The position numbers were made by a program, and so were the translations under genes. Positions 1-9,564 of a DNA stretch of 64,000 bases are shown here, piece after piece. The notes beneath the pieces were generated by a model. It was not told the origin of the DNA. It saw nothing but the letters and a program-made list of their open reading frames with translations, and ran no database searches. This DNA comes from Thermoplasmata archaeon (lineage in GTDB: Archaea; Thermoplasmatota; Thermoplasmata; Lutacidiplasmatales; UBA184): contig JAGWLG010000007.1 in the NCBI GenBank assembly GCA_028864975.1, positions 1 to 64,000 on the forward strand, in the 5' to 3' direction. Position 1 is the first letter of the stretch. Every line of letters starts with the position of its first letter.

Positions 1-47
1 TCTTCCACCCGCTCCGGCTAAATAGGTGAACGAGTTGTAGCTATGAG

Positions 48-1727
48 ATGAGTTGGCACCTGGAGTTCCGCACCATCGATGGGAACCGGTACCTCTACCT
101 CTGCGAGAAGCGGAGGACCGAGAAGGGGCCCCGGAACGTCCAGCAGATCTATGTGGGCACCGCCGAAACCCTCCTCCGCAAGCTCTCGAGCCCCGGCGAG
201 CCCCTGCGATCCTTCGAGTTCGGCAAGATGGCCGCCCTCCTTCACGCAGCCAAGGAGACCGGCCTCCTCGAGGCGTTCCAGCGCCACGTCCCTCGCCGCC
301 CCCTCGACGAGTACGCCGTCGAGCAGCTCCTCTTCCTCCAGCTCGCCGGTCGGGTGGAACGACCCCTGAGCCGGGATGAGATGGCCGACTGGCTCCCCGA
401 CTCGGCCCTCCCGTTCCTTCTCCCTGACCTCGGTCACCCCTCGGCCCGGACCCTCCGCCGTCACCTCAAGCGCCTCTACGGGAACGGGGAGAAGGAGGAG
501 CGAGGGAGGGGCTTGCTCACCCGCGCCGTCGTCCACCGGATCGAGGAGGACGTCTTCCGGACCCTGGTGAAGAAGGGGATCGATCCGCGCCTCCTCCTCT
601 TCGACACCACGAACTTCTTCGTCGACCACCAAGCCGGACTCTTCCCCGCCCGAGGGCACTCGAAGGAGAAACGGTACGACAAGCGGCTCGTCGGTCTCGG
701 GCTGGTCACGGTGGGCACCATGCCGGTCCTCACCGAGGTCTACCCGGGCAACGAGGGGGACGCCAAGGTGTTCGCCCGGGTGTTCGACGCCCTGGTGAAG
801 CGTCTGGTCGACCTGGAGGTGGCCACGGAGAAGATGATCGTGGTCTTCGACCGGGGGATCAACTCCGAACCCAACTTCGAGATGGTGCGAGGGGCGATGC
901 ACGTCATCGCTGCCCTGAACCGCCAGCAGGCGGCGAAGCTCTTCCGGCTCGAGCTCTCCGAGTTCCAGGAGGTGGCCAAGGACGCGGAGGGGAACCCCGT
1001 CCTGGGGTTCTCTACGCGATGGTTCGGGTTCGAGCAGGACTGGCGGGTGCTCGTAACCTACCGAAGAGCGAGCGCCGAACACCAGCAGAAGACCTGGGAG
1101 GATGTGCGGGCTCGGGTCCTTGCGCGAGCCCAGGAGTGGCGGGACCACCCCGCGGCAAAGGAGAAGACGCTCTGGCGGAAGATCGCCCAAGTCATCCCGC
1201 GGGGCTTCCAGTCGGAGTTTGAGGTGAAGGTGGAGGAGGTCCCGGTGACCCGACGTGGGAGGCCCGCCACGGCTTACCGACCCCACATCCGAGTCCTACC
1301 GAGGGCGGAGGCCCGTCTGCGGGCCTCCTTCGGCAAGACGGCCATCATCTCCGACCTGAACGTCGAGGAGCTCTCGCACCGAGCGCTGGTGGAGGGGTTC
1401 GTGGCCCGGGACCAGATCGAGCAGGACTTCCGGTGGCTGAAGGACCGGTATGTGGTCTCGGCCAAGCCGTTCCACGTCTGGCACGACGCGACGGTGCCCG
1501 GCCACCTGTTCCTGTGCGCGATGGGGCTCCTGCTGCTCCGCTACCTTCAGTGGGAGATGCGGGCCCAGGACCTGTCGATGAAGGAGCTGGTGGAGGCGCT
1601 CGAAGCGATCAAGGTGGTCTTGGTGAGAACCACGGAGGGGAAGCCGCGGCTGGTCCTCGAGAAGATGGGACGGGAGGAGGCCCAGGTGTTCACCGGGCTC
1701 AAGCTGGACCAGATGATTCCCGCGTAA
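48..1727 (+). mobile_element. IS1634-family DDE transposase
   Basis: 559 aa. N-terminus (FRTIDGNRYLYLCEKRR...QQIYVG) is typical of IS1634. DDE motifs are FDTT, FDRG and IEQDFRWLK. A weak imperfect inverted repeat pairs 24-42 with 1762-1778; the true ends are uncertain. Confidence 0.9.
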
Positions 1728-1798
1728 CTCCCCGGAGGGACCCCGAAATCCGCGGTCCTACAGCTACACGATTTACCTCGAGAACTCGCCTAGCATGA

Positions 1799-2293
1799 CC
1801 AAGTTCCGCTGACTGCCTCCCTTCGAATGCCAGCTCGCTGACATGTACATCCTCAGTCCCCGGTGTCTACGCAGTTCAAGTTGGAGTGAAAGACCACAAC
1901 AACTTTACGGCAGTCAGCGACTTCCTTGTCTTCACACTTTTCCAGAACGGGTTGAGCCTGTTCTTGAATCTTACAGGGACGAAAGGCGCTAGCGTCAACC
2001 TAACTCTCCTTGACGATGGCGCCCCCTCGGGTTCCTTGGTTCTGACCCGGTCGGAAGGTCCACCTAATTCCTTTGTCCTGCCTGGACACGGGCTCGAAGC
2101 CGGTCATTCCTACACTCTCCTCTTGAGCTACTTGCCAAGTTCCATCGGTGGGGGTAAGGGTGGGGCGAATCCAGCCAGTTTGGAGCTGCGTTGGTGGGGG
2201 AACTCGAGTGGGTCCATCATGCTCTCCCACGCATTCGTCTCGAGGCAACCCGACACCTACGTTTGGAGCATCGCTCTCAGCAGTCTGGTCTGA
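1799..2293 (+). pseudogene. 3' remnant of a PKD-like surface protein gene, truncated next to the IS
   Basis: Frame is open from 1799 with no ATG: ...DCLPSNASSLTCTSSVPGVYAVQVGVKDHNNF. This resembles the Cys-pair PKD repeat at about 48000-48140 (PCEGADAPSVSCAPSSAGHFAVRVVVTDSRG). Confidence 0.5.
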
Positions 2294-2345
2294 ACCGAAT
2301 CAGGGGAAGTACTGACCCTTCGTGAGTGAGCCTGAACCCTCGACG

Positions 2346-2651
2346 TCACCCCCGAGCGGGTTCACAGGTCCGCATCGGGCACCCGCGCCCCCTCGCGTCC
2401 CACCTGTCCCCCTCCCTGACGCACCCGCAGGGCGTCCTCGCCGCGTCTCCCCCTTCTGCGAACGACTCGAGCGTCACCGCGGGCTTGGGCCATCGGTAGT
2501 GGGGCCCCAGAAGGGCCCGGTGCGCCGGGCAGGTGCACTCGCTGATGTTCCAACCCCCTCCCACCTTCTCGCAGCCACAGGGGGCCCTCTTGGGGGCGCA
2601 GACGCCCCCGCTCGCGGTCCGAAGAACCTCCAGGACGGGCTGGCCCACCAC
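2346..2651 (-). CDS. Small Cys-rich protein; N-terminus is a Cdc6 wHTH remnant (QPVLEVLRTASG), followed by two PCGC-x-W-x-C motifs
   Basis: Motifs APCGCEKVGGGWNISECTCPAH and TPCGCVREGDRWDARGRGCPMRTC. DNA at 2613-2646 closely matches 7571-7603. Confidence 0.5.
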   Translation of the reverse strand: MVGQPVLEVLRTASGGVCAPKRAPCGCEKVGGGWNISECTCPAHRALLGPHYRWPKPAVTLESFAEGGDAARTPCGCVREGDRWDARGRGCPMRTCEPARG

Positions 2652-2654
2652 CCA

Positions 2655-3431
2655 CTATCGCGCCGTCGCCTGGGCGCGCTCGACCGCGGCTTTCACCCGG
2701 GGTGGGAGACCCTCCGTGGACACCCGCTGGAGGAAGACCGTCCCATCGGGTCGCAGGAGTTCGTCGGGCCTGGCGCTCTTTCGTACCTGCTGGGCAACGG
2801 CCAGCATGACCTCCAAGGCGGAATCGGGCCGCGGGGGGTGGAGCTGTTTCCGCTGCCACTCGCGGTAGCTCTTGAGATCCCAGGCGAGGAACCCGAGGGC
2901 GGCAACCACCAGGGCCAGCCCTAGGGGGAGCGCGAACCCGCCCGTGGCCTTCCCAGCAGCCCCAGGATGGACGAGGGCGTCCGCGGAGATCGCCGCGCCC
3001 GTAGCCAGGATGCCGAGGCTCCAGGCCATCTGCCCCAGGTGGCCCGCCCGGGACTTCGTAATGAGACCCGTCGCCCCGATGGCTTGCGAGAGCTTCAGGA
3101 CGTCCGCCATCGTGGGGGCGTCCCCGCCGAGCAGGCCCAAGTAGAGGGTCCGAGCACAGGCATCCGAGAATTCGTCCGCGCGGACAAGTCGGCGCAACCG
3201 CTTCCTCTCGCGGGGGGTGAGAGGAGTCTCTTGGGGGCCCGCGGCTTGGGCGATCTCGCGGACGCGCCCCGGGGTGAATACCAGCTCGACCGCGTGGAGC
3301 ATGCGGGGTGCGGTGCGGTCGGTGTCCACGTAGCTCCCGAAGATGCACTGGGCGACGCGGTGCTCGTCCGTCCGCGATTGGAGGAGCGGGCGGCGAGCAT
3401 CGAGGAAGGACTTGGCGGCAGGGAGAGCCAT
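2655..3431 (-). CDS. Hypothetical membrane protein (about 2 TM helices)
   Basis: 258 aa with hydrophobic stretches (MAWSLGILATGAAI; LPLGLALVVAALGFLAW). Confidence 0.6.
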   Translation of the reverse strand: MALPAAKSFLDARRPLLQSRTDEHRVAQCIFGSYVDTDRTAPRMLHAVELVFTPGRVREIAQAAGPQETPLTPRERKRLRRLVRADEFSDACARTLYLGLLGGDAPTMADVLKLSQAIGATGLITKSRAGHLGQMAWSLGILATGAAISADALVHPGAAGKATGGFALPLGLALVVAALGFLAWDLKSYREWQRKQLHPPRPDSALEVMLAVAQQVRKSARPDELLRPDGTVFLQRVSTEGLPPRVKAAVERAQATAR

Positions 3432-3551
3432 GCGCCATCAGCAATGACGCGCCTCAAGCATGAGCGTATGGGAGAACGGTGCTCGCCTCCCCGCGCCCCG
3501 GCAAGCCTCACCCCGATAGGGAGATGTTCCGGGACGGCGATTCCCCGAGCG

Positions 3552-4118
3552 ATGTCCCTCTTCGGGAGGCCCACACCCCCGCCACTGAGCTTCCGCGAGC
3601 GGGAGGCGGAGATCGAGCGTTGCGCGAAGGAGGCGCTCCTCCTGGAGGCGCGCTTCAATCGCCCCATCGCGAAGAACGACCTCTTCTTGAAGCTCCACAT
3701 CCCGTTCGAGCTCCTCGACCGCGTCACTCGGGCTATCTCGAGGGATGTCCGGGTGGACCTCGCACTCCTCGGCTCCTCAGAGCGCGACCGCTTGGAGCGG
3801 GAGAGCCACGACGTGATCGTTCGCGCTCTCGCGGAGCGGGCGAAGCCAATCGAGAAGAGGGGGCTCACGCTGGCCGACGTGGCGGTGCTGAGTCCACCGA
3901 ACCGCTCGTTGGTGGACCTTCAGCGCCTCTTCGGTTACATGCGGGCTGTGCTGGAACTCAAGGAACTCCCTCCCCGCATCGCGATGCCGTCGGAGGTCTC
4001 TCGGCTACTTCCGAGGGCGGCCGCCCTCCCCGCCGATGAACGGACCCCGTTCCGCCTCGTCAGGGACCTCGACGTCGGAATCTACACGGCGAGGCTCGTG
4101 AAGGCGGCCCTGGGGTGA
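3552..4118 (+). CDS. Hypothetical helical protein, first gene of a 3-gene operon
   Basis: ATG at 3552 (MSLFGRP). Composition is protein-like only from here within the longer ORF. The stop lies 3 nt before the next ATG. Confidence 0.6.
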   Translation: MSLFGRPTPPPLSFREREAEIERCAKEALLLEARFNRPIAKNDLFLKLHIPFELLDRVTRAISRDVRVDLALLGSSERDRLERESHDVIVRALAERAKPIEKRGLTLADVAVLSPPNRSLVDLQRLFGYMRAVLELKELPPRIAMPSEVSRLLPRAAALPADERTPFRLVRDLDVGIYTARLVKAALG

Positions 4119-4121
4119 CCC

Positions 4122-4892
4122 ATGACGGAGCAATTCAAGTTCGGATGGCGACCGACGGTCGAGGGGCTACTTGCCCACGCCGAGGGGCACTTCATCCACG
4201 TACGGGCAGCTTACGCAGTGCGGCCGGTCACGAAGATTGTCAGCGAGGGGGATAGTGGGGCCTTCCCGGTCACGATCTCTGAACCGGAGGTGCCTCCTCG
4301 GAGCATCCAGCTCTCTACCGCCATCGAGACGAAACACATTCTAGAGGACTTGAGGTCGGTCTTCGACCATTCGGCGGTCTACCTGGCGAGGGAAGTTCTC
4401 CTGCAGCCGGTGATCGCCAAGACGAACTCGATGTTGGGTACCGATGGGGCGAGCTTCCCTATCTCAGCCGACGAAGAGGGGTGGAAGAGCGAGATCGGCC
4501 GGATTCCCTGGAACGTGGCCGGCCCGAAGACGTTGGCCTTCCTCCAATCCTTCCAGCCCTTCGTGGACCCCCCGAAGAACGGCTGGCTCCGGGTGCTACA
4601 CAACTTGGTCAACGAGAACAAACACAGTTCACTGACGGAGTTCTTTGTCCAGCCTTCGGACGATCGGCTGTCGTTCCGACGGGGCGAGTACACTTACAGC
4701 TTGGAGGTCCTCTCGTTGACGATCCCTAGCGCGAAGCTCGCTCGGGATGGAGCGACCAGGAATCCCGTCCCGGACGCGTGGACCTTTTTCGACGAGGCGT
4801 TCGCGGGGACCAGGAAGTTCATCGAAGCGGTCGCGGCCGCCGTGCCTGAGCTTCGGAAGGAGAGCCGGGCGAATGGCGGGAAGGCAGTCTGA
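4122..4892 (+). CDS. Putative HEPN-like protein
   Basis: Motif series LEDLRSVFDH...FPI...QPF...LHNLVNENKH resembles HEPN-like helical families with an N-x-x-KH variant of the R-x4-6-H motif. Confidence 0.5.
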   Translation: MTEQFKFGWRPTVEGLLAHAEGHFIHVRAAYAVRPVTKIVSEGDSGAFPVTISEPEVPPRSIQLSTAIETKHILEDLRSVFDHSAVYLAREVLLQPVIAKTNSMLGTDGASFPISADEEGWKSEIGRIPWNVAGPKTLAFLQSFQPFVDPPKNGWLRVLHNLVNENKHSSLTEFFVQPSDDRLSFRRGEYTYSLEVLSLTIPSAKLARDGATRNPVPDAWTFFDEAFAGTRKFIEAVAAAVPELRKESRANGGKAV

Positions 4893-4903
4893 GCCGGTTC
4901 TCG

Positions 4904-5641
4904 GTGGGGCGGCGTCGGGGTGGGTCGGTGAAGGTCACTCCGGAGGCTGACGGGCTGCACCTCGTCGGCGGGCTCTTGTCGAAGAAGGAAAAGGTCGTTC
5001 CCTGGAGCTGGCTCGCGGTGGTCCGCGACGAGGGCGGGCCGCTCTCGAGCCTCCGAATGTTCTACGTCGACCCCGCGGACCCGGGGGACAAGAAGGAGAT
5101 TGAACCCCCGCGAGGGGAGATCGCCGGAATCCTGGGACACTCGAGCTTCCCGCGTGAGCTCGTCTTGCCCGCGACGGCGAAGCGGTTCGGACTGGAGCCT
5201 GGACGCGTGGAGGGGTACGGGCCACCCCTCGGGACCCCATGGCTCGCGGGACCTAAGGTCGGACTCGGCAGGAATAGCCCGGATGACCAGCTGGTGGCCC
5301 TCGTGCTCAAGTCCTTCCCGAAGGTCCTCCAGGGTGGTTTCATCGGAACGACGGATGTCGCTCCGTTCGATCGCGGGGTCGCGTTTCAGAACGGAAGTGA
5401 CAACAACGAAGTGGCCCGTTGGGAGGCCATATCCCCCTCGCGGCTCCCTGCCCCGAACTGTGTCTACTGGATCTCGCTATTCGGACCCGCCGATACGGAC
5501 GAGATGTACGGATTCGCGCTCACCTTGGACCAAGCGCGGGCGCTCGTCTCGCACCCTTCGGCGGCGGTCTGGGACCTCCCTGACACGGTCTACTCCGTGC
5601 TCAACGCGAGCCGACCGGAGAAGCCGCTACGCTCAGGCTGA
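4904..5641 (+). CDS. Hypothetical protein (alternative GTG start at 4928)
   Basis: 245-aa ORF in operon. No family recognised. Confidence 0.55.
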   Translation: MGRRRGGSVKVTPEADGLHLVGGLLSKKEKVVPWSWLAVVRDEGGPLSSLRMFYVDPADPGDKKEIEPPRGEIAGILGHSSFPRELVLPATAKRFGLEPGRVEGYGPPLGTPWLAGPKVGLGRNSPDDQLVALVLKSFPKVLQGGFIGTTDVAPFDRGVAFQNGSDNNEVARWEAISPSRLPAPNCVYWISLFGPADTDEMYGFALTLDQARALVSHPSAAVWDLPDTVYSVLNASRPEKPLRSG

Positions 5642-5830
5642 TGAGGGTCGAGCTCCCGCCCGCTCCGCCGAGGCGGACCGCGTGGCGGAGGAGGCCCTTG
5701 CTCTCAAACGGGCGATGCGCCATGGGGGACGAAGGACCACGTCGGGCGGTGTGGCCTTCGAGCCGCACGTCCACCAGGTGGACAGGTGTTCGGGAAGGAC
5801 CCGAGCCTCTCCAGCACAGCTGAAGAGGAC
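5600..5830 (-). pseudogene. Frameshifted remnant of the Cdc6 C-terminal winged helix
   Basis: Minus strand encodes FESKGLLRHAVRLGGAGGSSTLISLS, and AVLERLGSFP in another frame. DNA 5634-5665 aligns with 8511-8541. Confidence 0.7.
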
Positions 5831-5869
5831 GCGAACGGAGATATCCAGGGTCCGCGCTAGCTCTCTCTC

Positions 5870-7258
5870 ATGATGGATGGCCCCCGGCTCCGGACGGGCG
5901 CCGCCGTGGTCGTCGTGGGCGCGCTGATCGTGGCGGGGTTCAGCACACTCCTCTATGGTGAGTGGGTCTCCGCACAACCTGACCCCTGGGCAGAGGTCGT
6001 CGGTAGCGTCAACGTGCAGGGATGGGGAAGTTTCGGGAACGTGGTCTACGACCCTGTGAACCGGCAAGTCTACGTGGACAGCGCTAGGCCCGGCTCCTGG
6101 TACCCCGGACAGAACGTCACCATCTTGAACCCGGCCACAGGGAGGATTGTGGGATCGGTCCCCGCCGGGCCGGAGCCCGCCGCAATGACGGTGGACACGC
6201 GGAACGGAAACGTCCTCGTCGCGGACTCAAGCTCGGCCTACGGCGGCTGGGCCGAACGTTTCAACATCACGGAGCTGAGCGGAAGCAACAACACTCCGCT
6301 CTGGAGCACGCCCCTGGACTTCATCCCCAGTGCACTGGCCTTCGACCCGGTCAACGGGCTCGTTTACGTGGGGGGGTATGGTAATCCTTCGTTCGCGAAC
6401 CTGACGGTCCTGGACCCGGCGACGGGGGAGATCGTAGCCGAGACGCGAGGGGAAGCGAGCGCGGTCGCCGTCGACCCGGCGATGGGGTTGGTCCTCTTCG
6501 CGAACACGACGCGCGGGCCCCCCACGGTCATGGTCATGGACGGGAACACTCAGCGGCTTGTGAAGAATGTCACGACCGGGACCGAACCTTGGGGGTATGC
6601 CTCGCCGTCGATGGCGTACGACCCCCAGACGGGCGAGATTTTCGAATCCGGCGTCTCCCTTTCGAACGTGCGGAGGGCATCCTTCTCGGTCTTCAATGCG
6701 ACCTCGGGGTTTGTCGCGGCCTCGGACGTTCCTCTGCCCGGGGAAGACGGGATAGGAGCGAGCATCGTGTACGATGGACAGAACGGACGACTGTACGCCC
6801 TGGGGTGGGAATGCGGTGGGGGTTCGTCCGGGAGTGGGTGCGTGATCGCGATCGATGGAAGGACGCACGCGATCTTGGGCACGGTACCGGTGGGCTCTGA
6901 ACCCAACAGTATCGCCTTCGACCCCCAGAACGGGGACCTCTACCTCTCCGACTCCGGAGGGGCGAGAGTTTGGTTCGTCTCGACGCAGGCGGCGGCCCCG
7001 CCTCCCCTGACCTCTCTTCCGAACGCTTCGGGGCTCCTCCTGGGACTGGCGTTGGGTGTCGTGCTCGTCGCTGTCGGCGCGCGAGAGATGTGGGCGGGTC
7101 GCCAGGGCGGGGAGCACCGAGTCCCCGAATGGGTCCGTGCCGCCGAGCGGGCGGAAGAGCGTGCGAGCCGGACGCTCTTCGAGAAGCCCTCGACGTGGTT
7201 TTTGATGACGCTCACGGTCCTGGGTGCGATCCTGCTCCTGGCCCTCCTCGCGGGATGA
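5870..7258 (+). CDS. Membrane-anchored YVTN/YncE-type beta-propeller surface protein
   Basis: N-terminal hydrophobic segment, repeated (A/V)(F/Y)DPxNGxxYV blades (VPAGPEP, VPVGSEP), and C-terminal TM helices. Confidence 0.85.
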   Translation: MMDGPRLRTGAAVVVVGALIVAGFSTLLYGEWVSAQPDPWAEVVGSVNVQGWGSFGNVVYDPVNRQVYVDSARPGSWYPGQNVTILNPATGRIVGSVPAGPEPAAMTVDTRNGNVLVADSSSAYGGWAERFNITELSGSNNTPLWSTPLDFIPSALAFDPVNGLVYVGGYGNPSFANLTVLDPATGEIVAETRGEASAVAVDPAMGLVLFANTTRGPPTVMVMDGNTQRLVKNVTTGTEPWGYASPSMAYDPQTGEIFESGVSLSNVRRASFSVFNATSGFVAASDVPLPGEDGIGASIVYDGQNGRLYALGWECGGGSSGSGCVIAIDGRTHAILGTVPVGSEPNSIAFDPQNGDLYLSDSGGARVWFVSTQAAAPPPLTSLPNASGLLLGLALGVVLVAVGAREMWAGRQGGEHRVPEWVRAAERAEERASRTLFEKPSTWFLMTLTVLGAILLLALLAG

Positions 7259-7260
7259 CC

Positions 7261-7283
7261 GAGGTCGACCGGTGGTCGGCCTC
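7261..7283 (+). terminator. GC hairpin immediately after the beta-propeller stop
   Basis: gaggtcgacc-ggt-ggtcggcctc, 9 of 10 stem positions complementary. No U-tract. Confidence 0.3.
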
Positions 7284-7354
7284 CATGTAGTCGTCCTGAA
7301 CGCCTAGTTTCCGCCCCCCTTGTCGCCTTTGGAGGGTATGGAGCGCCATCCCAG

Positions 7355-7654
7355 TCATGGGTCACCGGGTTGAGGCCACCGCCTCGCCAGAAAGATCTGC
7401 GTCCCACGTCCCCCTGTTCCACCGACGCGGACTTCACGGGTGACCCTCCCGAACCTTTCGACGCGAACCAGGTGCCGCCACAGGCGGGCCTGGGTCGGGG
7501 CGCGCATCCCCGAAGACGTGCATTCCTCGCCGACGCGGCGGCGGAGCTCCCCCGCCGTGATGCTGCCGGTCGCGGTCCGCAGAACCTCGAGGATGGCCTG
7601 GCCAAAGCCCTCGGCGTTCGGGCCGTGCTTCGTGAGGTTCGGCGGGACCGCCAC
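7355..7654 (-). CDS. Stand-alone Cdc6-type winged-helix module (copy)
   Basis: AILEVLRTATG...ARLWRHLVRVERFGRVTREVRVGGTGG matches the C-terminus of 9565-10836. Homology continues in frame to about 7700 (RAEARGG). Confidence 0.7.
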   Translation of the reverse strand: MAVPPNLTKHGPNAEGFGQAILEVLRTATGSITAGELRRRVGEECTSSGMRAPTQARLWRHLVRVERFGRVTREVRVGGTGGRGTQIFLARRWPQPGDP

Positions 7655-7726
7655 GTCCTCGGCCTCGTGCCAGCCGCCCCCGCGGGCCTCGGCCCGCGGG
7701 GTGTCCTCGGGGGGGGCCGGGGGGGT

Positions 7727-8461
7727 CTATCCGGCCTCTGACGGTAGCGGTGGCCCGGCCCCTTCGAGAAGCTCCGTCGGGACCTTCTCGATCCCCGGGA
7801 CGCGCTCTGGCCCCAGCACCTCGAGGTCGCCGAGATCGACCGACTCCACTTGGACGCCCCACTTCCGGGCCTCCGGGCGGGCGAGGTCCCGCACGCGCTC
7901 ACCGAGCCGCCCCCGGTCCTTGACGACCTCACGGATGGGGGTCCGTTTCAGCTCCTCTTCGAGGCGAGAGGCGACCAGCGCGGCCGTGGCGAGCCGGTAT
8001 TCCTGGACCTTGATTATGGCGGCGACGGGGTCGGCGACCTTGAAGTAGAGCTTCCCCCCGAGGAGGGCGCGGATACCATCGGAGGTCCGGCCCTCGTACT
8101 TCGTGAGTGGTCGCTCTTGCGTCCGCAGGTCCACACGGATGACGTGGGCGAGAGGGTTCACGATGCGGAACCCCGGAGCGACGGCGCCCTGGAACTTCCC
8201 CAGGACGAAGACGAGCCCCGTCTCGTACGGGTGGATCGCCTGCATCCCGTGGAAGAACGTCACGACGAGGAGGAGGGCGAAGAGCCAGGAGAGCACCGCG
8301 AAGGTCGATAGGCTGGGCGTGAGGAGGAGCACCAAGACCCCGAGCGCGAGGAGCATGAGGATCGACACGACGAGGGCGATGGCGCCCCCGCGCCACGTAT
8401 AGGCGGGAGGACCGGACAGGGTCGGGGGAGCCGTCAAAGGGGAAAGGGCTCCCGCGACCAC
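7727..8461 (-). CDS. SPFH/band-7 (stomatin-like) membrane protein
   Basis: Two TM helices, then IHPYETGLVFVLGKF...PGFRIVNP...VDLRTQ...VADP...WGVQVESV. Likely GTG start at 8461 after GAGGGA. Confidence 0.85.
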   Translation of the reverse strand: MVAGALSPLTAPPTLSGPPAYTWRGGAIALVVSILMLLALGVLVLLLTPSLSTFAVLSWLFALLLVVTFFHGMQAIHPYETGLVFVLGKFQGAVAPGFRIVNPLAHVIRVDLRTQERPLTKYEGRTSDGIRALLGGKLYFKVADPVAAIIKVQEYRLATAALVASRLEEELKRTPIREVVKDRGRLGERVRDLARPEARKWGVQVESVDLGDLEVLGPERVPGIEKVPTELLEGAGPPLPSEAG

Positions 8462-8469
8462 GTGTCCCT

Positions 8470-8850
8470 CTACGGCGGAGGGGAGACAAAGCCTTGCCGT
8501 CCGCTGGTGAGGCTGACGAGGGCCGAGCTCCCGCCCGCTCCTCCCATCCTGACCTCCCGGCGAACGACACCTTTCCGCTCGAGCCCTACGAGGTGCCGCC
8601 AGAGCCGCGCCTGCGTCGGGGGGCGGAGTCCGAGCGCCGCGCAGCGGGCTTCGACTCGTCGGCGAACTTCCCCGACGGCCAAGGGTCCGTTGGAGTTTCG
8701 AAGGACTTCCAGGATGGTCGCGCCGAACCCCTCGGCGTCGACGCCGTGGCGCGGGACGTGGGGCGGGAGCGCTACGTCGTCGACTTCGACTCGGGAGGCT
8801 CCCCGAGCCTCCGCCCGCCGGCCCGCCTCGCCGAGCAGCTCGCCGACCAT
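8470..8850 (-). CDS. Cdc6 C-terminal fragment (lid end plus winged helix; copy)
   Basis: MVGELLGEAGRRAEARG...ARLWRHLVGLERKGVVRREVRMGGAGGSS. Upstream in-frame SVAHGWGLS matches Cdc6 SVARGWGLS. Confidence 0.75.
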   Translation of the reverse strand: MVGELLGEAGRRAEARGASRVEVDDVALPPHVPRHGVDAEGFGATILEVLRNSNGPLAVGEVRRRVEARCAALGLRPPTQARLWRHLVGLERKGVVRREVRMGGAGGSSALVSLTSGRQGFVSPPP

Positions 8851-9010
8851 CGAGAGGCCCCAGCCGTGGGCGACGGAGGCGAGGGGACCCCGATCCGAGA
8901 GAACTGACCGAGAGACTGAGGCCCGGGTCCCCGAGCGAGGACCCGTCGGCGGTCTGGAGGACCAGCCGCATGGGTCCGAAAGGCGGGCGATGGCCGCGCC
9001 CTTGAGCCGC

Positions 9011-9562
9011 TCAGGCGAGGGGCAGTGAGGACTTGGGGGAGGTCTTCCACTGCTCGTAACTCTCCTGGAACCGCTGCATGTTTTCGCGGGTCAGGACCGT
9101 CGAACTCGTTGGCATGGTCCTGCTCCCCTTCGGAGGTGCAGGCTCGACCTTCCAGCTCACGAGAGGTGGCAGGAACCCGCCGTGGCGGACCTGCTGTATC
9201 CGCTCGAAAGGTACCTCCACCGCCTCCCGGGGGGCCCTACTGCCCTTGGAGAGCGGGTGGAGCCACACGGTCATCGACCGAGGGCCGAACTCCACTGGAT
9301 CGGCACTTGCCGCTACGAAGGCGGGCGCCATCACGCGGCGCGTGAGCACCGGACCCCCGAGGATGCCGAGAACACTAAGAATTGCCAGGTCCGCCAGCCA
9401 CCCGAGGAGGGGGCTCAGGGGGGGAGTCAGCAGAGGCTCGACTACGCCGGAGAAGAGGACGGGAAGAACCACGAGGAGGAACGCCAGCAATGGAACCCCC
9501 ATGAGGTCCGCCCGGTCAAAGAAGCGGAGCACAATTGGACGAATGTCGTTCGGGTGGGGCAT
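9011..9562 (-). CDS. Hypothetical 2-TM membrane protein with soluble C-domain
   Basis: ATG lies 2 nt after the Cdc6 stop. TM segments LMGVPLLAFLLVVLPVLF and LLGWLADLAILSVLGIL. Confidence 0.7.
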   Translation of the reverse strand: MPHPNDIRPIVLRFFDRADLMGVPLLAFLLVVLPVLFSGVVEPLLTPPLSPLLGWLADLAILSVLGILGGPVLTRRVMAPAFVAASADPVEFGPRSMTVWLHPLSKGSRAPREAVEVPFERIQQVRHGGFLPPLVSWKVEPAPPKGSRTMPTSSTVLTRENMQRFQESYEQWKTSPKSSLPLA

Positions 9563-9564
9563 GA

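Noticed and set aside
3470-3545. Possible sixth wHTH remnant (GVRLAGARGG on the minus strand)
   Set aside because: Too short and Gly-rich; no flanking motif aligns.
7727-8971. 414-aa ORF as a wHTH-SPFH fusion
   Set aside because: The wHTH copy is in a different frame. The N-terminal 170 aa read as GC-rich shadow sequence, and a start at 8461 with an SD is more plausible.
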